DNA of 64,000 nt from Candidatus Babeliales bacterium (lineage in GTDB: Bacteria; Babelota; Babeliae; Babelales; Vermiphilaceae). The first letter of the stretch is position 1; every line of letters begins with the position of its first letter. This document shows positions 42,853 to 53,391 of the stretch, piece after piece. The stretch covers positions 64,001-128,000 of the forward strand of contig CAVUQO010000003.1 of the NCBI GenBank assembly GCA_963743635.1, given 5' to 3'. The notes beneath the pieces were generated by a model. It made no database searches. It saw only the letters and a program-made list of their open reading frames with translations, and was not told the origin of the DNA. Position numbers and translations under genes: made by a program.

Positions 42853-43497
42853 ATGAAGAGTCAATATCTTCCTCTGGTACTTTTAAGCTGTATCGTCCTT
42901 GCGGGATGCGGTGGCAAAGACAAAAAAAAGAAAATGGACACCAAAAAAGGTAAACACGAAATGTCAACGCAGGTGGACATCGAAACAGCTGGCACTGAGT
43001 CAGGATTCCTGTTTGACGATCTCAACAATGAATTCGTAAAATTAGACGATAATATCGAAGCTGAAGCTAATGTCTTAAACAATGATGAATTTGACTGGCT
43101 TGAAGAAGAAGATGTTCTAGCGAATGAAGACTTTAAGGTAGTTCGCTTTGATTTTGATAAAGCAAGCATTCGCCCAGACCAAGAACCTCTTGTAGTGCGC
43201 AATATTGACCTTGCAAAAACGCTTCTTGATGAAGGCACAGCAGAAGAAGTCACTATCGTAGTTGACGGCCACGCATGCAGTTCAGCAGGTTCACGCGCTT
43301 ACAACTTGGCTCTTTCTGAAAAACGTGCCAAAGTCTTACGTGACCGCTTTGTAGCTGCAGGTATTCCGGCTGAAAAGCTCAAGATCGTTGCTCGTGGGTC
43401 TGAAGTTCCTGTTGTGATCAATGGTCAGCCAGTAACTGGTGATCGTGTAGCTCAGGCTCCAAATCGCCGCGACGAAGTACGCATCATCTATAGCTAA
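42853..43497 (+). CDS. OmpA/Pal-family peptidoglycan-binding lipoprotein
   Basis: Lipobox VLAGC; FDFDKA; YNLALSEKRA; NRR. Confidence 0.9.
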   Translation: MKSQYLPLVLLSCIVLAGCGGKDKKKKMDTKKGKHEMSTQVDIETAGTESGFLFDDLNNEFVKLDDNIEAEANVLNNDEFDWLEEEDVLANEDFKVVRFDFDKASIRPDQEPLVVRNIDLAKTLLDEGTAEEVTIVVDGHACSSAGSRAYNLALSEKRAKVLRDRFVAAGIPAEKLKIVARGSEVPVVINGQPVTGDRVAQAPNRRDEVRIIYS

Positions 43498-43520
43498 GCT
43501 ATAATGAATATAAAAAACCT

Positions 43521-43551
43521 AAAAAGCTCGCCCTAACCGGCGGGCTTTTTT
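43521..43551 (+). terminator. Intrinsic terminator
   Basis: aaaagctcgcc-loop-ggcgggcttttt. Confidence 0.8.
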
Positions 43552-43555
43552 GTTT

Positions 43556-43935
43556 CCCGTACCCATTCGATACCTTCGCGAAGCTCAGTACTCAGGGCGA
43601 ACGGGGAATGGAGATTTTGTTAAAACACTAGGTTTTTTCATATGAATTTATTCATGTTTTTTCCTTTAATAATGCTTAATCTAACTGAAGATTCCCATCC
43701 CCGTTCGTCCCTAGTAGCCCGCAAGGGCGTAACGCGGGGTATAAGGGGAATACAAATTTTGCACACTGTTTAAAACAGGAAGTTACAGATTCATTTATAT
43801 ATTCCTTTAAAAAGGGGCCTGCCCGGCGTCCTTCGATCCTTCACGTAGTTCAGGCCTCAGGATGCACGGGTTATATGATGGGGCGTGCCCTGCGTAGCTT
43901 GCCAAGTCTGAAGACCCGGATAAGCGAAGCATGGG
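43556..43935. repeat. Composite palindromic REP/REPIN-like cluster
   Basis: CGAACGGG/CCCGTTCG arms and AT-rich spacer shared with 5411-5620; GTAG/GAAG unit at 43888-43935. Confidence 0.8.
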
Positions 43936-43991
43936 TTGACGTTCCTTAATATATGCCATATTCTATAATAGAAATATATGTAAGGAATTGA

Positions 43992-45284
43992 ATGAATATT
44001 ATAAAGAATTATTATCAGTGGATTGTAGCGGTAGTGGTCGTGTTAGCGGTCTGTTTAGGCTGCTATTTTAGCTTTAAACTTCAGCCAAAGCCAGAGTCAG
44101 TGGTGGTCGCCAAAGCTAAAAAAGATTCCAAGATAATCACCGTTTTTATCCATGGATCCCTGTATCCGGATGAATCCTTTATTGATATTGTTTCCTTATC
44201 AGATCTCAATACGATCCTTTTTGATACCGTCGAAGACGATTCTGAGTATGTTAAATCATTAAAGCGGGCTCGATCGAACCCTGCAAGCTGCGGCGAACAG
44301 ATTATGTTGGCTGAAGGCTTACAGGAGATTCATGATAGCCATATAGCTCAACTGTGTGATTTTGAAGATACTGCCATTGAATCCATTCCTGACGCAAAAC
44401 CTCAAGAACATCATTGCAGTTGTTGCCATAAGGCGGCTGCACACCCAACCCCTAAGAAAAAACGCGTCTCAAAAGATACTCGCGCAGCCCATTATGCCAT
44501 TGCTTGTTATAGTGCGCTTATGGATAACCTCTTTCCGACTGATGACACTAGTTATTACACTTTTGGTCATTTAGGCGTCTTGAGCCATCGCTATCGAGAA
44601 GCAGTAGCCAAAACATTCTATCAAGAGCTTCTTAAAAAGGTGCGGCATGCGCAAGAAGAGTATGATAACGTAAAAGTTATCATCGTTGCCCATAGTCATG
44701 GCGGCACAATCTCGCTTAACATGGCGGCCGTAGAAAATGAGCTTAAAAAAGGTTTAATCATTGATGAGCTTATTTTATTTGGCACACCTCTGCAGCCTGA
44801 GACGGCACCATACGCAGCTCATCCAATGTTTAAACGCGTGATGAATTGTTATTCACTCGGTGACACGGTGCAAGGCTGCGATGTATTGACGACTGCATCG
44901 CGCAAATGCCATAACACTTTCTCATCTACCGAAGTAGTTAATCTCCAATCGGGGAAAATTTATGACATTCAACTCATTGTGAACGATGATACTCATGCAG
45001 TTACCCATGCAAAAATGTGGTATATCGATCCAAAAGATAAAAATAGTTCTCACGTAGATCCATTGCCATATGCCGTTATGGCACCTGCAATAATGGCAGC
45101 ATTGGATGCGGAAGATTTTGGATCTTCAGTCCAAGCATTCATTCAATCAAAGGATGACCATTTAGCGGTTGAGGTGAAAGATGCGCGTCTAAACGATCTG
45201 CAATACCTTTCCCCAAACACGTATGACATCGTTGCTAAAATGCGCGATCGCGCGGTATCACATATTACGCGCGAACATGCATAG
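43992..45284 (+). CDS. Membrane-anchored alpha/beta-hydrolase-like protein
   Basis: N-terminal TM; VFIHG; nucleophile elbow VAHSHGG; LFGTP. Confidence 0.65.
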   Translation: MNIIKNYYQWIVAVVVVLAVCLGCYFSFKLQPKPESVVVAKAKKDSKIITVFIHGSLYPDESFIDIVSLSDLNTILFDTVEDDSEYVKSLKRARSNPASCGEQIMLAEGLQEIHDSHIAQLCDFEDTAIESIPDAKPQEHHCSCCHKAAAHPTPKKKRVSKDTRAAHYAIACYSALMDNLFPTDDTSYYTFGHLGVLSHRYREAVAKTFYQELLKKVRHAQEEYDNVKVIIVAHSHGGTISLNMAAVENELKKGLIIDELILFGTPLQPETAPYAAHPMFKRVMNCYSLGDTVQGCDVLTTASRKCHNTFSSTEVVNLQSGKIYDIQLIVNDDTHAVTHAKMWYIDPKDKNSSHVDPLPYAVMAPAIMAALDAEDFGSSVQAFIQSKDDHLAVEVKDARLNDLQYLSPNTYDIVAKMRDRAVSHITREHA

Positions 45285-45473
45285 GCGCTAAAATTAAAGC
45301 CTTTCGTAAAAATACCCTCGTGGATCCCACGTATCTAACTGGTATACAAGCACGGGTATAATCGTTACGGCAATCGCAGCAATTATGATCAATGTTTTTT
45401 TGCTCAAAGTTTTGCCCGTGAGTGATTAAGGACCATGTAAAAAGAGGCTGCGCAAATGCAAGAAGATGGTGAC

Positions 45474-46607
45474 TTACTGATTACTCAAGATCTGAGTGAT
45501 CGCCGCATGAATAGTCTTATTAATATCATCTTTTTTGCGGGCTTTCATTCTCTCTTTCATGCTGTTTAGTGTTGTCGGGGATTCAACGAGTTCGTTGATA
45601 ATGCGGTAAATGTCATCGACGCTGTTTGCAACGATGCCAATTTTCTGCGCCGTCAGATAGTGCACATTAAACTGTTCCCAGGTGAGTGATCGGCCAAAGC
45701 GGGCGATAATCATAGGCACATTCATTTGAAGTGCTTCAGCAACGGAGTTAGATCCTGATTTGGTGATAAAGATATCCGCAATTGCCATTAAATCGGAAAT
45801 ATTTTTTGTGAATCCAATAACTTCCGTGGTGATATGGGGCGGGAAGGCGAGCGCTTGAATCTTTTCTGCCATTGATGCATTTTGTCCGGCACAAAAGAGT
45901 ATGTGGCAAGGTTTTTTTATTTTTTCTACATGCGCGGCAATATGGTATGTATTTTCAGATCCCATTGCGCCGAGCAGAATCATGATAACGGGAACATTTT
46001 CCGGAATATGGCGTTCTTTTTTGAGGACGCTCGGATCTTTGTGATCAAAAAAAGCGGAACGTATGACAAAACCGGTATGGATAATCTGGCTTTGCTTGAT
46101 GCCTTTATTAAGTATGTATTGATCTATTTTTGGATCGCGTATTGTCTGCGCAAAATAAAATTTGGGGTATGTTGGATTGTGAATGCCATAGAGGAAGGTG
46201 CGTGGGTCGAAATCCACCGGTATTAAAAAGAAGGGGATATTGAGTGCTTTGGCGGCATCAATAATGGCATCATTCACCAACGGGGTGACCGAGATAACGC
46301 AATCAGGTTTATATTTGGCGAGTGTTTTTTTTATGCACCATGCGTTAAATGGTCTGATGATTTTAAAGGTGCATCGCACTATGAAATTGCACGTATTTAA
46401 AAAGAGAATATGCTGCCGTTTGAGGGCATCGTTATAGAAATCGGTGCAATAATAGCGGTTTGGAATGATGGCGAATTTGATCACATCTTTAAAGATGTTG
46501 AGAATGGTAATATCATATTCAGTGCCCAAATAAGAATCGAGCGCTTGTGATGCAGCAGTATGTCCGCCGCCTGCAGTTATGGTGAAAATAAGTAATTTCT
46601 TTTTCAT
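45474..46607 (-). CDS. MGDG synthase/UgtP-like GT28 glycosyltransferase
   Basis: AGGGHTAAS, LGAMG, GFTKNISDLMAIADIFITKSG, EAL, WEQFN. Confidence 0.85.
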   Translation of the reverse strand: MKKKLLIFTITAGGGHTAASQALDSYLGTEYDITILNIFKDVIKFAIIPNRYYCTDFYNDALKRQHILFLNTCNFIVRCTFKIIRPFNAWCIKKTLAKYKPDCVISVTPLVNDAIIDAAKALNIPFFLIPVDFDPRTFLYGIHNPTYPKFYFAQTIRDPKIDQYILNKGIKQSQIIHTGFVIRSAFFDHKDPSVLKKERHIPENVPVIMILLGAMGSENTYHIAAHVEKIKKPCHILFCAGQNASMAEKIQALAFPPHITTEVIGFTKNISDLMAIADIFITKSGSNSVAEALQMNVPMIIARFGRSLTWEQFNVHYLTAQKIGIVANSVDDIYRIINELVESPTTLNSMKERMKARKKDDINKTIHAAITQILSNQ

Positions 46608-46696
46608 AGTATATCCTAACGAACTCGCCGAACAATTTTAGCTCTTTTAAGATAGTACGCGCGACCAGAATATAGCAATAAGATGAAAGGCTCGCG

Positions 46697-48097
46697 TTAT
46701 TTTCCGACGCAAAATTCTTTGAAGATTGCGTTCATGCCTTCTTCACTGATCGATTTTCCGGTCAGTTCGCTGACGTGAGCGAGGGCATCATTAAGATGAT
46801 AGGAAAGGATTTCATACTGAATGGTATCGGCAATAATGGTTTCGATTTCGAGCAGTTTGTGCTCAAGCTCCATTAACAAACTAAATTGACGTTTGTTGAG
46901 TAAAAATGGCGCATCGTGGGTAGATGAAAGGCTGGCGATCTTTTGCTCAATGAGCGATTCAAGTTGCGCAATGGTTTCAGGCTGGTGCGCGGAGATGCGC
47001 AATGCGGGCTCGCACGATAAGTTTCGGGCAATAATGTTCCCTTGATCTGCTTTATTTTCGATTAACAGCAATTTAGTGCCATATGATTGAATGAGTTGTT
47101 GATAGACGTCGTGCTCTTCTTGGGAAAGTGGGCGTGTGCTATCGCATACCAGAAGGATCACGTCGGCAGTTTGGGATTCAATAAATGATCGTTTGATTCC
47201 TTCTTGCTCAATTTCATCATCGGTGGTGCGTAGACCTGCGGTGTCCACAAAGGTCCAATAAATGCCATCTTTGTAGAGCGCATCTTCAAGTACGTCGCGC
47301 GTAGTTCCCGCTTTGCTCGTGACGATTGCGCGTTGTTTATCGAGCAATGCATTGAAAATGGATGATTTGCCGGCATTGACCGAACCGAGTAATGCAACGC
47401 GAAAACCTTGTTTGATTTGCTGTTGATGACTATAGGTTTTTTTTACCGCGGTAATCATAGCGAGGACTGATTGAAGCGCAGCTCTAATTTGCGCATCAAA
47501 GGTGATTTCTTCGTCAATAAATTCAAAACTTGCTTCGGCAAAAGCGAGCATGCGAAACAGTTCTTTTTCTATTTTCACTGACCACTCAGAGAGGCTCCCT
47601 TTGAGCTGGGAGAGTGATTTTTTCAGTGCGCGCGGCGTTTGCGCGTGAATGATATCGTTAATTGCTTCTGCTTGCAGGAGGTCTACCTTTTCATTGAGCA
47701 CGGCTCGTTTGGTAAATTCGCCCTCTTGCGCAAGGCGTGCACCATGATGGATTGCAAGTTCGATAATCTGATCGATGATGAATTGATTGTTGTGGCAGGT
47801 AATTTCCACGACGTCTTGGCCGGTGAAGGTAGCAGGCGCATGCATTACAATCAACATAACTTGATCGACCCTAGCGCCCTGAGGATCAACGATCCACCCA
47901 TAATGAATGGTATGAGTCGGTACGTCTTGCACCGTTTGTTTTGATGCAAGTTTACTCATCGCGGACGAAATCGCACGCACACGCACTCCAGACATTCGGA
48001 GCAGTGCGAGAGCGCCTGACCCCTTGGGCGTGCATTGTGCGATGATTGTTTCATCGTCATGACTTTGAAGTAATGTCCCGTTCATATAACCCCACAT
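46697..48097 (-). CDS. mnmE: tRNA modification GTPase MnmE
   Basis: TIIAQCTP, GEFTKRA, GSVNAGKSS, GTTRD, DTAGLR, C-terminal FCVGK. Confidence 0.97.
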   Translation of the reverse strand: MWGYMNGTLLQSHDDETIIAQCTPKGSGALALLRMSGVRVRAISSAMSKLASKQTVQDVPTHTIHYGWIVDPQGARVDQVMLIVMHAPATFTGQDVVEITCHNNQFIIDQIIELAIHHGARLAQEGEFTKRAVLNEKVDLLQAEAINDIIHAQTPRALKKSLSQLKGSLSEWSVKIEKELFRMLAFAEASFEFIDEEITFDAQIRAALQSVLAMITAVKKTYSHQQQIKQGFRVALLGSVNAGKSSIFNALLDKQRAIVTSKAGTTRDVLEDALYKDGIYWTFVDTAGLRTTDDEIEQEGIKRSFIESQTADVILLVCDSTRPLSQEEHDVYQQLIQSYGTKLLLIENKADQGNIIARNLSCEPALRISAHQPETIAQLESLIEQKIASLSSTHDAPFLLNKRQFSLLMELEHKLLEIETIIADTIQYEILSYHLNDALAHVSELTGKSISEEGMNAIFKEFCVGK

Positions 48098-48153
48098 TGA
48101 TAGTCAGGTATCGACTTATTTATATCTTTATTTATTAAATTATCGCCTACTCA

Positions 48154-48318
48154 CCGTTCGCCCAGAGGTTTTTTCGGACCGCAGGGAGAAAAATAGCGAG
48201 GGGTGCAAACTAAAATTGTTATACACCTATTTCGTAGACTAATCAGGACTTAATTTATTCCCGTACCCACTCGCTATTTTTCGCTCCTCGCGGATCGAAA
48301 AAACCTCTGGGCGAACGG
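48154..48318. repeat. REPIN-like inverted doublet
   Basis: ccgttcgcccagaggttttttcg ... cgaaaaaacctctgggcgaacgg, plus inner arms. Confidence 0.8.
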
Positions 48319-48474
48319 GAAATGGATATCCTGAGTGTTGAGTTTTTGCTATGACGCGCATGTTTGGGTCAGTAGGACACAAAGCAGAATATTATAATTT
48401 TAATTATTCTGTTGCGCCTATTCAGATGGCAGCCCCGACATAGCAAAACACTTCGAAGTAATGACGTAGATGGA

Positions 48475-49545
48475 TCACGATGGACTGTGTAACACAACCT
48501 TAAGCCCACGGAATTGTTTTTTCAATTTCGTGCGGAGCATTTGCATAATGAGATATGCGCAGCTTCTAAAGAGTTGTTGCTCTAAGGCCTTCGTTTCTCG
48601 TACTGGCTTATCAAATGATACCGTCAAATAGTAGCGTTTCGGTTCGAGTGTGAATGAAATATCGCCGCAGTTAAGATTCTTGACTAAGGTGTCGATCCAT
48701 GCGCGGGTGATTTCTACCATTTCTTCGGTCCAGAATATTTTTTCAGGAGCATTTGATTCAGCTGATTCAAACTCGCGTTCTTTTGGCGCTGTTTGATGTG
48801 ATTCATAGTCACCTGCAGGAGCGGCAGGTCTTGGAGTTTGTTCTCGGCGAACTAGTTCACGCACCATTGGCTCACGACGTTCTTGAGGTTCGCGCGGTTC
48901 ACGTGCTTCACGAGGCTCGCGGGGTTCGCGACGCTCTTGAGCTTCACGCGGTTCGCGGCGTTCTCGAATTTCACGATGTTCGCTACGCTCGCGAGGTTCA
49001 CGTTGTTCGCGCTCGCGTGGCTCACGCACTACCGGTTCTCGATATTCGCGCGTCTCTCTTGATTCGCGTGGTTCACGCGGTTCGCGGACCATTGGTTCTC
49101 GATATTCACGTGTTTCTCGTGATTCACGAGGCTCGCGCGGTTCACGACGTTCGTGTTGTTCGCGCGATTCACGGTACTCGCGTCCTTCGCGTTCGCGTGG
49201 CTCTCTATATTCACGAGGCTCGCGCGATTCGCGTGGTGATGACTCATAGCGTGATGATTCTTTGCGGGCTGATTCTTTAGGATGTGTACTGAAAACTGGC
49301 TGTTCTGATGGATGCGCAGTTGGTTTGTGCCGAGCCGCATGTTCTTTTTGCTCTTTATAAGATAATTTTTTTTCAACATGCTTAAAAAAGAGACCAATTT
49401 TAGCTGACTTGGTAACCATCCCGAAAAAGTTCTTTTCAGGTTCTTCGAAAACTTTGACTGAAAATTCGTGCGGTTTTTCAGCGCGAATCCATGCTGCTTC
49501 TATAGCTTTAGCAATAGATGAAGCTTCTTCCATTATTGATTTCAT
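48475..49545 (-). CDS. jag: Jag/KhpB-like protein with long Arg-Glu-Pro repeat insert
   Basis: Jag_N-like N-terminus (EEASSIAKAIE...KVFEEPEKNFFG); upstream of mnmE as in the canonical jag-mnmE order. Confidence 0.7.
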   Translation of the reverse strand: MKSIMEEASSIAKAIEAAWIRAEKPHEFSVKVFEEPEKNFFGMVTKSAKIGLFFKHVEKKLSYKEQKEHAARHKPTAHPSEQPVFSTHPKESARKESSRYESSPRESREPREYREPREREGREYRESREQHERREPREPRESRETREYREPMVREPREPRESRETREYREPVVREPREREQREPRERSEHREIRERREPREAQERREPREPREAREPREPQERREPMVRELVRREQTPRPAAPAGDYESHQTAPKEREFESAESNAPEKIFWTEEMVEITRAWIDTLVKNLNCGDISFTLEPKRYYLTVSFDKPVRETKALEQQLFRSCAYLIMQMLRTKLKKQFRGLKVVLHSPS

Positions 49546-49752
49546 AGAGTGTGTGCCTTTTAACGTTAAAATTTTTTATGGGTAATTAAGTACCGGTATA
49601 GTTGTAATTCTAGAACCGTAACGCCTTTTTGCGTATTGGTAAAGCTGTGAATCTGTTGTATGAATTTCCCGATCCGTCTACGCTTATCCGGGCCTTCCGG
49701 CTCGGCAAGCTGCGTCGTGACTATGATGATGCCGAATAAGGCGGACTGGCCT

Positions 49753-49949
49753 GCCATTCATTTTTATCGGCTGCGAAGAAGATTTTCACCTTACGAGGAT
49801 TGAAAAATGAATGACTTGTCAAAAAACTCTGTATCGCTTTCTCTCAGCAGGGTTCTTTTTGTGAATATACCTTAAAAGAGAATGGCTCGCCATTCATTTT
49901 TATCGGCTGCGAAGAAGATTTTCACCTTACGAGGATTGAAAAATGAATG
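49753..49949. repeat. Two identical 61-bp direct repeats (49753-49813 and 49889-49949) abutting the tRNA-Gly 3' end
   Basis: gccattcatttttatcggctgcgaagaagattttcaccttacgaggattgaaaaatgaatg occurs twice; each copy has self-complementary ends. Confidence 0.9.
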
Positions 49950-50023
49950 GAGCGGGAGACGGGATTCGAACCCGCGACCTTTGCCTTGGCAAGGCAACGC
50001 TCTACCAACTGAGCTACTCCCGC
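49948..50023 (-). tRNA. tRNA-Gly (GCC)
   Basis: GCGGGAGTAGCTCAGTTGGTAGAGCG-TTGCC-TTGCCAA-GGCAA...GGTTCGAATCC...CCA; 76 nt. Confidence 0.98.
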
Positions 50024-50180
50024 AATGCCGATATATGCTTGCACTGATAACTCTTAAAAGGTACCATTGGTGCTGAATTTGTCAATATTCAAACACGAGA
50101 ATTAGCTGTTTTTTATAGCTTATTGGCATATGAGTTCGAGATAATAAGAGGCAATACCCGTTTTTTGAGGTTAGATTTCG

Positions 50181-50780
50181 ATGATTCACATGATAACCGG
50201 AGTGATTAAAGCTCAGTATGATCAGTCTTTAATGGTCGATATTGGATCGATGGGATTACTTATTCAGGTTCCCCAGGGTTCGGGATTTCAGGTTGGCAGC
50301 ACGGTTTCTCTTCATACCTATCTGCATTGGAATCAGGAGCAAGGGCCGAGTATGTTCGGATTTGCCACCGATATTGAGCGGGAGGTATTCCTTTTAATTA
50401 TATCGTGTTCCGGTATTGGGCCTAAAATTGGCCTAGCGGTACTTGCCCAGATCGGAGCTCAGTCCTTTATACGTGCGGTGCAGCAGGAAGATATTGCCGC
50501 TTTGAGTAAGGTGAGTGGCATTGGGGGTAAAAAAGCGGAGCAGATTATCGTACAACTCAAGCATAAAGTAGCTCATCTCATTAAATTGGGTGTTCAGCTG
50601 GATGTCGGGGGCGATAGTGAATCATGGCATACCATTGGAGAGGTTCTTGGATCGCTGAATTACTCACGTACTGAAATCAATCAGGCGATGAAACATTTGC
50701 AGCAGGAGTATAATAGTACTCAGCTTCCCTTTGACCAGCTTATGCGCCACGCGCTATCTTTTTTATCGAAAAAACCGTAA
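50181..50780 (+). CDS. ruvA: Holliday junction branch migration protein RuvA
   Basis: MFGF, SGIGPKIGLAVL, VSGIGGKKAEQIIVQLK. Confidence 0.95.
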   Translation: MIHMITGVIKAQYDQSLMVDIGSMGLLIQVPQGSGFQVGSTVSLHTYLHWNQEQGPSMFGFATDIEREVFLLIISCSGIGPKIGLAVLAQIGAQSFIRAVQQEDIAALSKVSGIGGKKAEQIIVQLKHKVAHLIKLGVQLDVGGDSESWHTIGEVLGSLNYSRTEINQAMKHLQQEYNSTQLPFDQLMRHALSFLSKKP

Positions 50781-50872
50781 GATAAATTCATTAAAAAATG
50801 TTTAAAAATGACTATTTTGTACACGGTTATGGGAGTATAAAGTAGTCATTATTTTGTAAGTTTAGGAATTGT

Positions 50873-52183
50873 ATGGATGTTTTGGCTGGTTTGAGGTTTG
50901 CAAATGATATGTTAATGGCGCCGTTTGCGCTTTTATTCTTTGCAGTTGCCGTTATCTTAACCATCAGATCTGGGTTTTTGCAGTTTCGCGGATTACCACG
51001 CTTCTTTCAGTTGGTGAGCGGCGGCGTCAAGGAACGACACAGATACGATGAATCAAAGATTAGTTCGTTCCAAGCATTGTTTACTGCAATGGCAGGAACT
51101 ATAGGGATGGGTAACGTTGTTGGGCCGTCGGTGGCAGTATTTCTTGGTGGCCCTGGCGCACTATTTTGGCTCTTAATTTATATTTTCTTTGGATCAGTTA
51201 CTAAATTGACTGAAGTAGTCCTTGCATTACACACGCGTGAACGATTGCCCGATGGTCATATCGTTGGTGGGCCAATGCAATATCTAAAATATGTACATCC
51301 TTTTCTGGGATATTGGTACATGAGCATTGTAGCGTTTCTTTTTGTGGTCTGGTCAGGGCTACAATCAAATACACTCGGACATATTTTTGAGATGGATGGA
51401 GTGCCAAGTTGGGTAGTTGGCATTAGCTTAGCGTTCCTTGTTTATCTAGTGGTTAAAGGTGGTATTCATCGCATTGGTGCCGTGGCAACTGGGTTAGTTC
51501 CATTGATGTTTGTGCTCTATGTTAGCTTTGCATTGTACATTTTATTGCAAGATATACCGGCATTATGTAATGCATTTGTATTGATTGGTTCAAGTATATT
51601 CACTCCTGCCGCTCCAGCAGGAATGTTTGCGGGCGCCTCTATTATGACCGCTATGCAGTGGGGTGTTTATCGCAGTATTCATATTACTGAAGCAGGACTT
51701 GGCAGTTCTTCTATTGCTCATGCTATGTCCGATACTAATAAGCCCTTAGATCAAGGTATTCTTGCAATGGTATCAATGTTTGCCGATGCCATACTTTCTA
51801 TACTTTCAGGACTTCTTGTTTTGGTTACTGGTATTTGGACCCAAGGTGCATTTCGAAGTACGCTCGTATATGAAGTTTTTAAGGGGAGTTCTCCGTTTTA
51901 TGGCGCCGTTGTGTTAGTAATTAGTGTGAGCTTGTTTGTAATTACCACCGTTATAGGTAATACATTTAATGGGATGCAATCATTTGCATCACTTACGCGT
52001 GATCGTTATATGAACTTGTATTTGGGAATCACCTTATTAACCATCATGTGTGGTTCCATGATAGATCCAAGGACTGCATGGAGTATAGCTGATATTATGC
52101 TGACGTTTGTAGTAATTCCTAACATCATCGGCGTCCTTGTTCTCGCATTTCGCCATCCGGCATACTTTAAGTTGGGCAAGTAG
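50873..52183 (+). CDS. Alanine/glycine:cation symporter (AGCS family)
   Basis: SFQALFTAMAGTIGMGNVVG, GGPGALFW, GGPMQY, EAGLGSSSIAHA. Confidence 0.93.
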   Translation: MDVLAGLRFANDMLMAPFALLFFAVAVILTIRSGFLQFRGLPRFFQLVSGGVKERHRYDESKISSFQALFTAMAGTIGMGNVVGPSVAVFLGGPGALFWLLIYIFFGSVTKLTEVVLALHTRERLPDGHIVGGPMQYLKYVHPFLGYWYMSIVAFLFVVWSGLQSNTLGHIFEMDGVPSWVVGISLAFLVYLVVKGGIHRIGAVATGLVPLMFVLYVSFALYILLQDIPALCNAFVLIGSSIFTPAAPAGMFAGASIMTAMQWGVYRSIHITEAGLGSSSIAHAMSDTNKPLDQGILAMVSMFADAILSILSGLLVLVTGIWTQGAFRSTLVYEVFKGSSPFYGAVVLVISVSLFVITTVIGNTFNGMQSFASLTRDRYMNLYLGITLLTIMCGSMIDPRTAWSIADIMLTFVVIPNIIGVLVLAFRHPAYFKLGK

Positions 52184-52195
52184 GCATCTCTATCT

Positions 52196-53374
52196 TTAGT
52201 ATGCAAGATCAGACCATCCATGATGAGAGTATCCATAATGGGAATAGATAATTCTCACTATGATAGTGGCGATGGTGAGTGGTGGTATCCACCAATAATG
52301 GTTCAACCATTCTTGAAAGTTATTTGGGGTATACTCGTTATACTGACTATTGCTTGATACCTGATCCGTAATGATGTCGATTGCATGCAAAATGTCTTCA
52401 ACCTCTATATTTTCAATATTCAGCTCGATGTGATTGAGCGATTCTGTGAGGCCGTTGCCGGAATATAAATGGCGCAATGCTATAAAAATAACGGTCACGA
52501 ATTCTTTTACGAACGCTAAATTATCGATGAATTTATATTCCTGCACTTCTCCCCACATGTTCATTGCTGCATGATGCGTTCCCGATTCTTGCATTGCGCG
52601 TAATAACGATTCAACGCGCACTGATTTCCATGTTGTTTTGCATTGCATGGCGTGATACGGCTTTGCGCTGCGTATAAATCCGATCATCTCCATTGCTTTG
52701 GTTAATCGTTGTATATAATAAAATCGTAACGCTATCTCATCGGTTGAAGCCTCTGATTTGAGATCTAATGGCGGCGCAGGTATATGTTGTTTGTGATGGT
52801 GTATGGCAATACTGTGAGGGTGCGGCACTATCTTTTGCAATTCTTCAGTAATTGCATCAATGGCATCCAGTAATTGCTCTGTTTTTGGCGTTGCCAGTTG
52901 TTGCAATGCAGTTTGATCGTTATTAATGCCGTGGTAATCCAAGGAGGAAAGCACTGTGCGCGTTACGACAAATATTTCTTTGCTAAAATCTTCGATAAAT
53001 ATGTCATCCTCGAGCGACTTGTAGGCCACAAAATCATCCCAGATCATAAAAAGGGGTTTGAGTGTTCTTGTGTTTCTTGTATTCGCTTTAATGAACGAAT
53101 AATGCGTTTGTCATTGAATAGTGATAAATCAAAATCTATCGATCAGAGTGCGAAAAAAAGGAGCACGATGGGCCGATTGTATTTTCAGCAGAATCGCATG
53201 GTTTTATCAAGGCGTGAGATGAAATAATAGCGGCGAAATGTCAGATGTGTGCCCTGATTAATGGTTATATAATTCGATTGTTCGTTGTATTGAAACGGTT
53301 TATTCGGGTAGCGCCATCGCAGGTAACTATCGTGTTGCAGTTGCGAGTAAAATCCATCGGTAAGATAGTATCAT
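52196..53374 (-). CDS. Hypothetical protein with two internal repeats and a C-terminal TM; 5' part frameshifted
   Basis: ATG 53374 has SD GAAAGGA; RRYYFISRLDKTM and RFYYIQRLTKAM repeat starts; LLDAIDAIT and ILHAIDIIT; C-terminal WWIPPLTIATIIVRII. Confidence 0.55.
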
Positions 53375-53391
53375 AAGATCCTTTCAGAGCG

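Noticed and set aside
48753..49397. ORFs 48753-49280 (+) and 49029-49397 (-) as overlapping genes
   Set aside because: Stop-free shadows of the REPRE repeat in jag.
49753..49949. CRISPR mini-array or prophage att site
   Set aside because: 61-bp repeat with only two copies; no cas or integrase; does not duplicate the tRNA 3' half.
50800..50872. Glycine riboswitch before the AGCS symporter
   Set aside because: The intergenic region is too short and holds only an AT-rich hairpin, without aptamer motifs.
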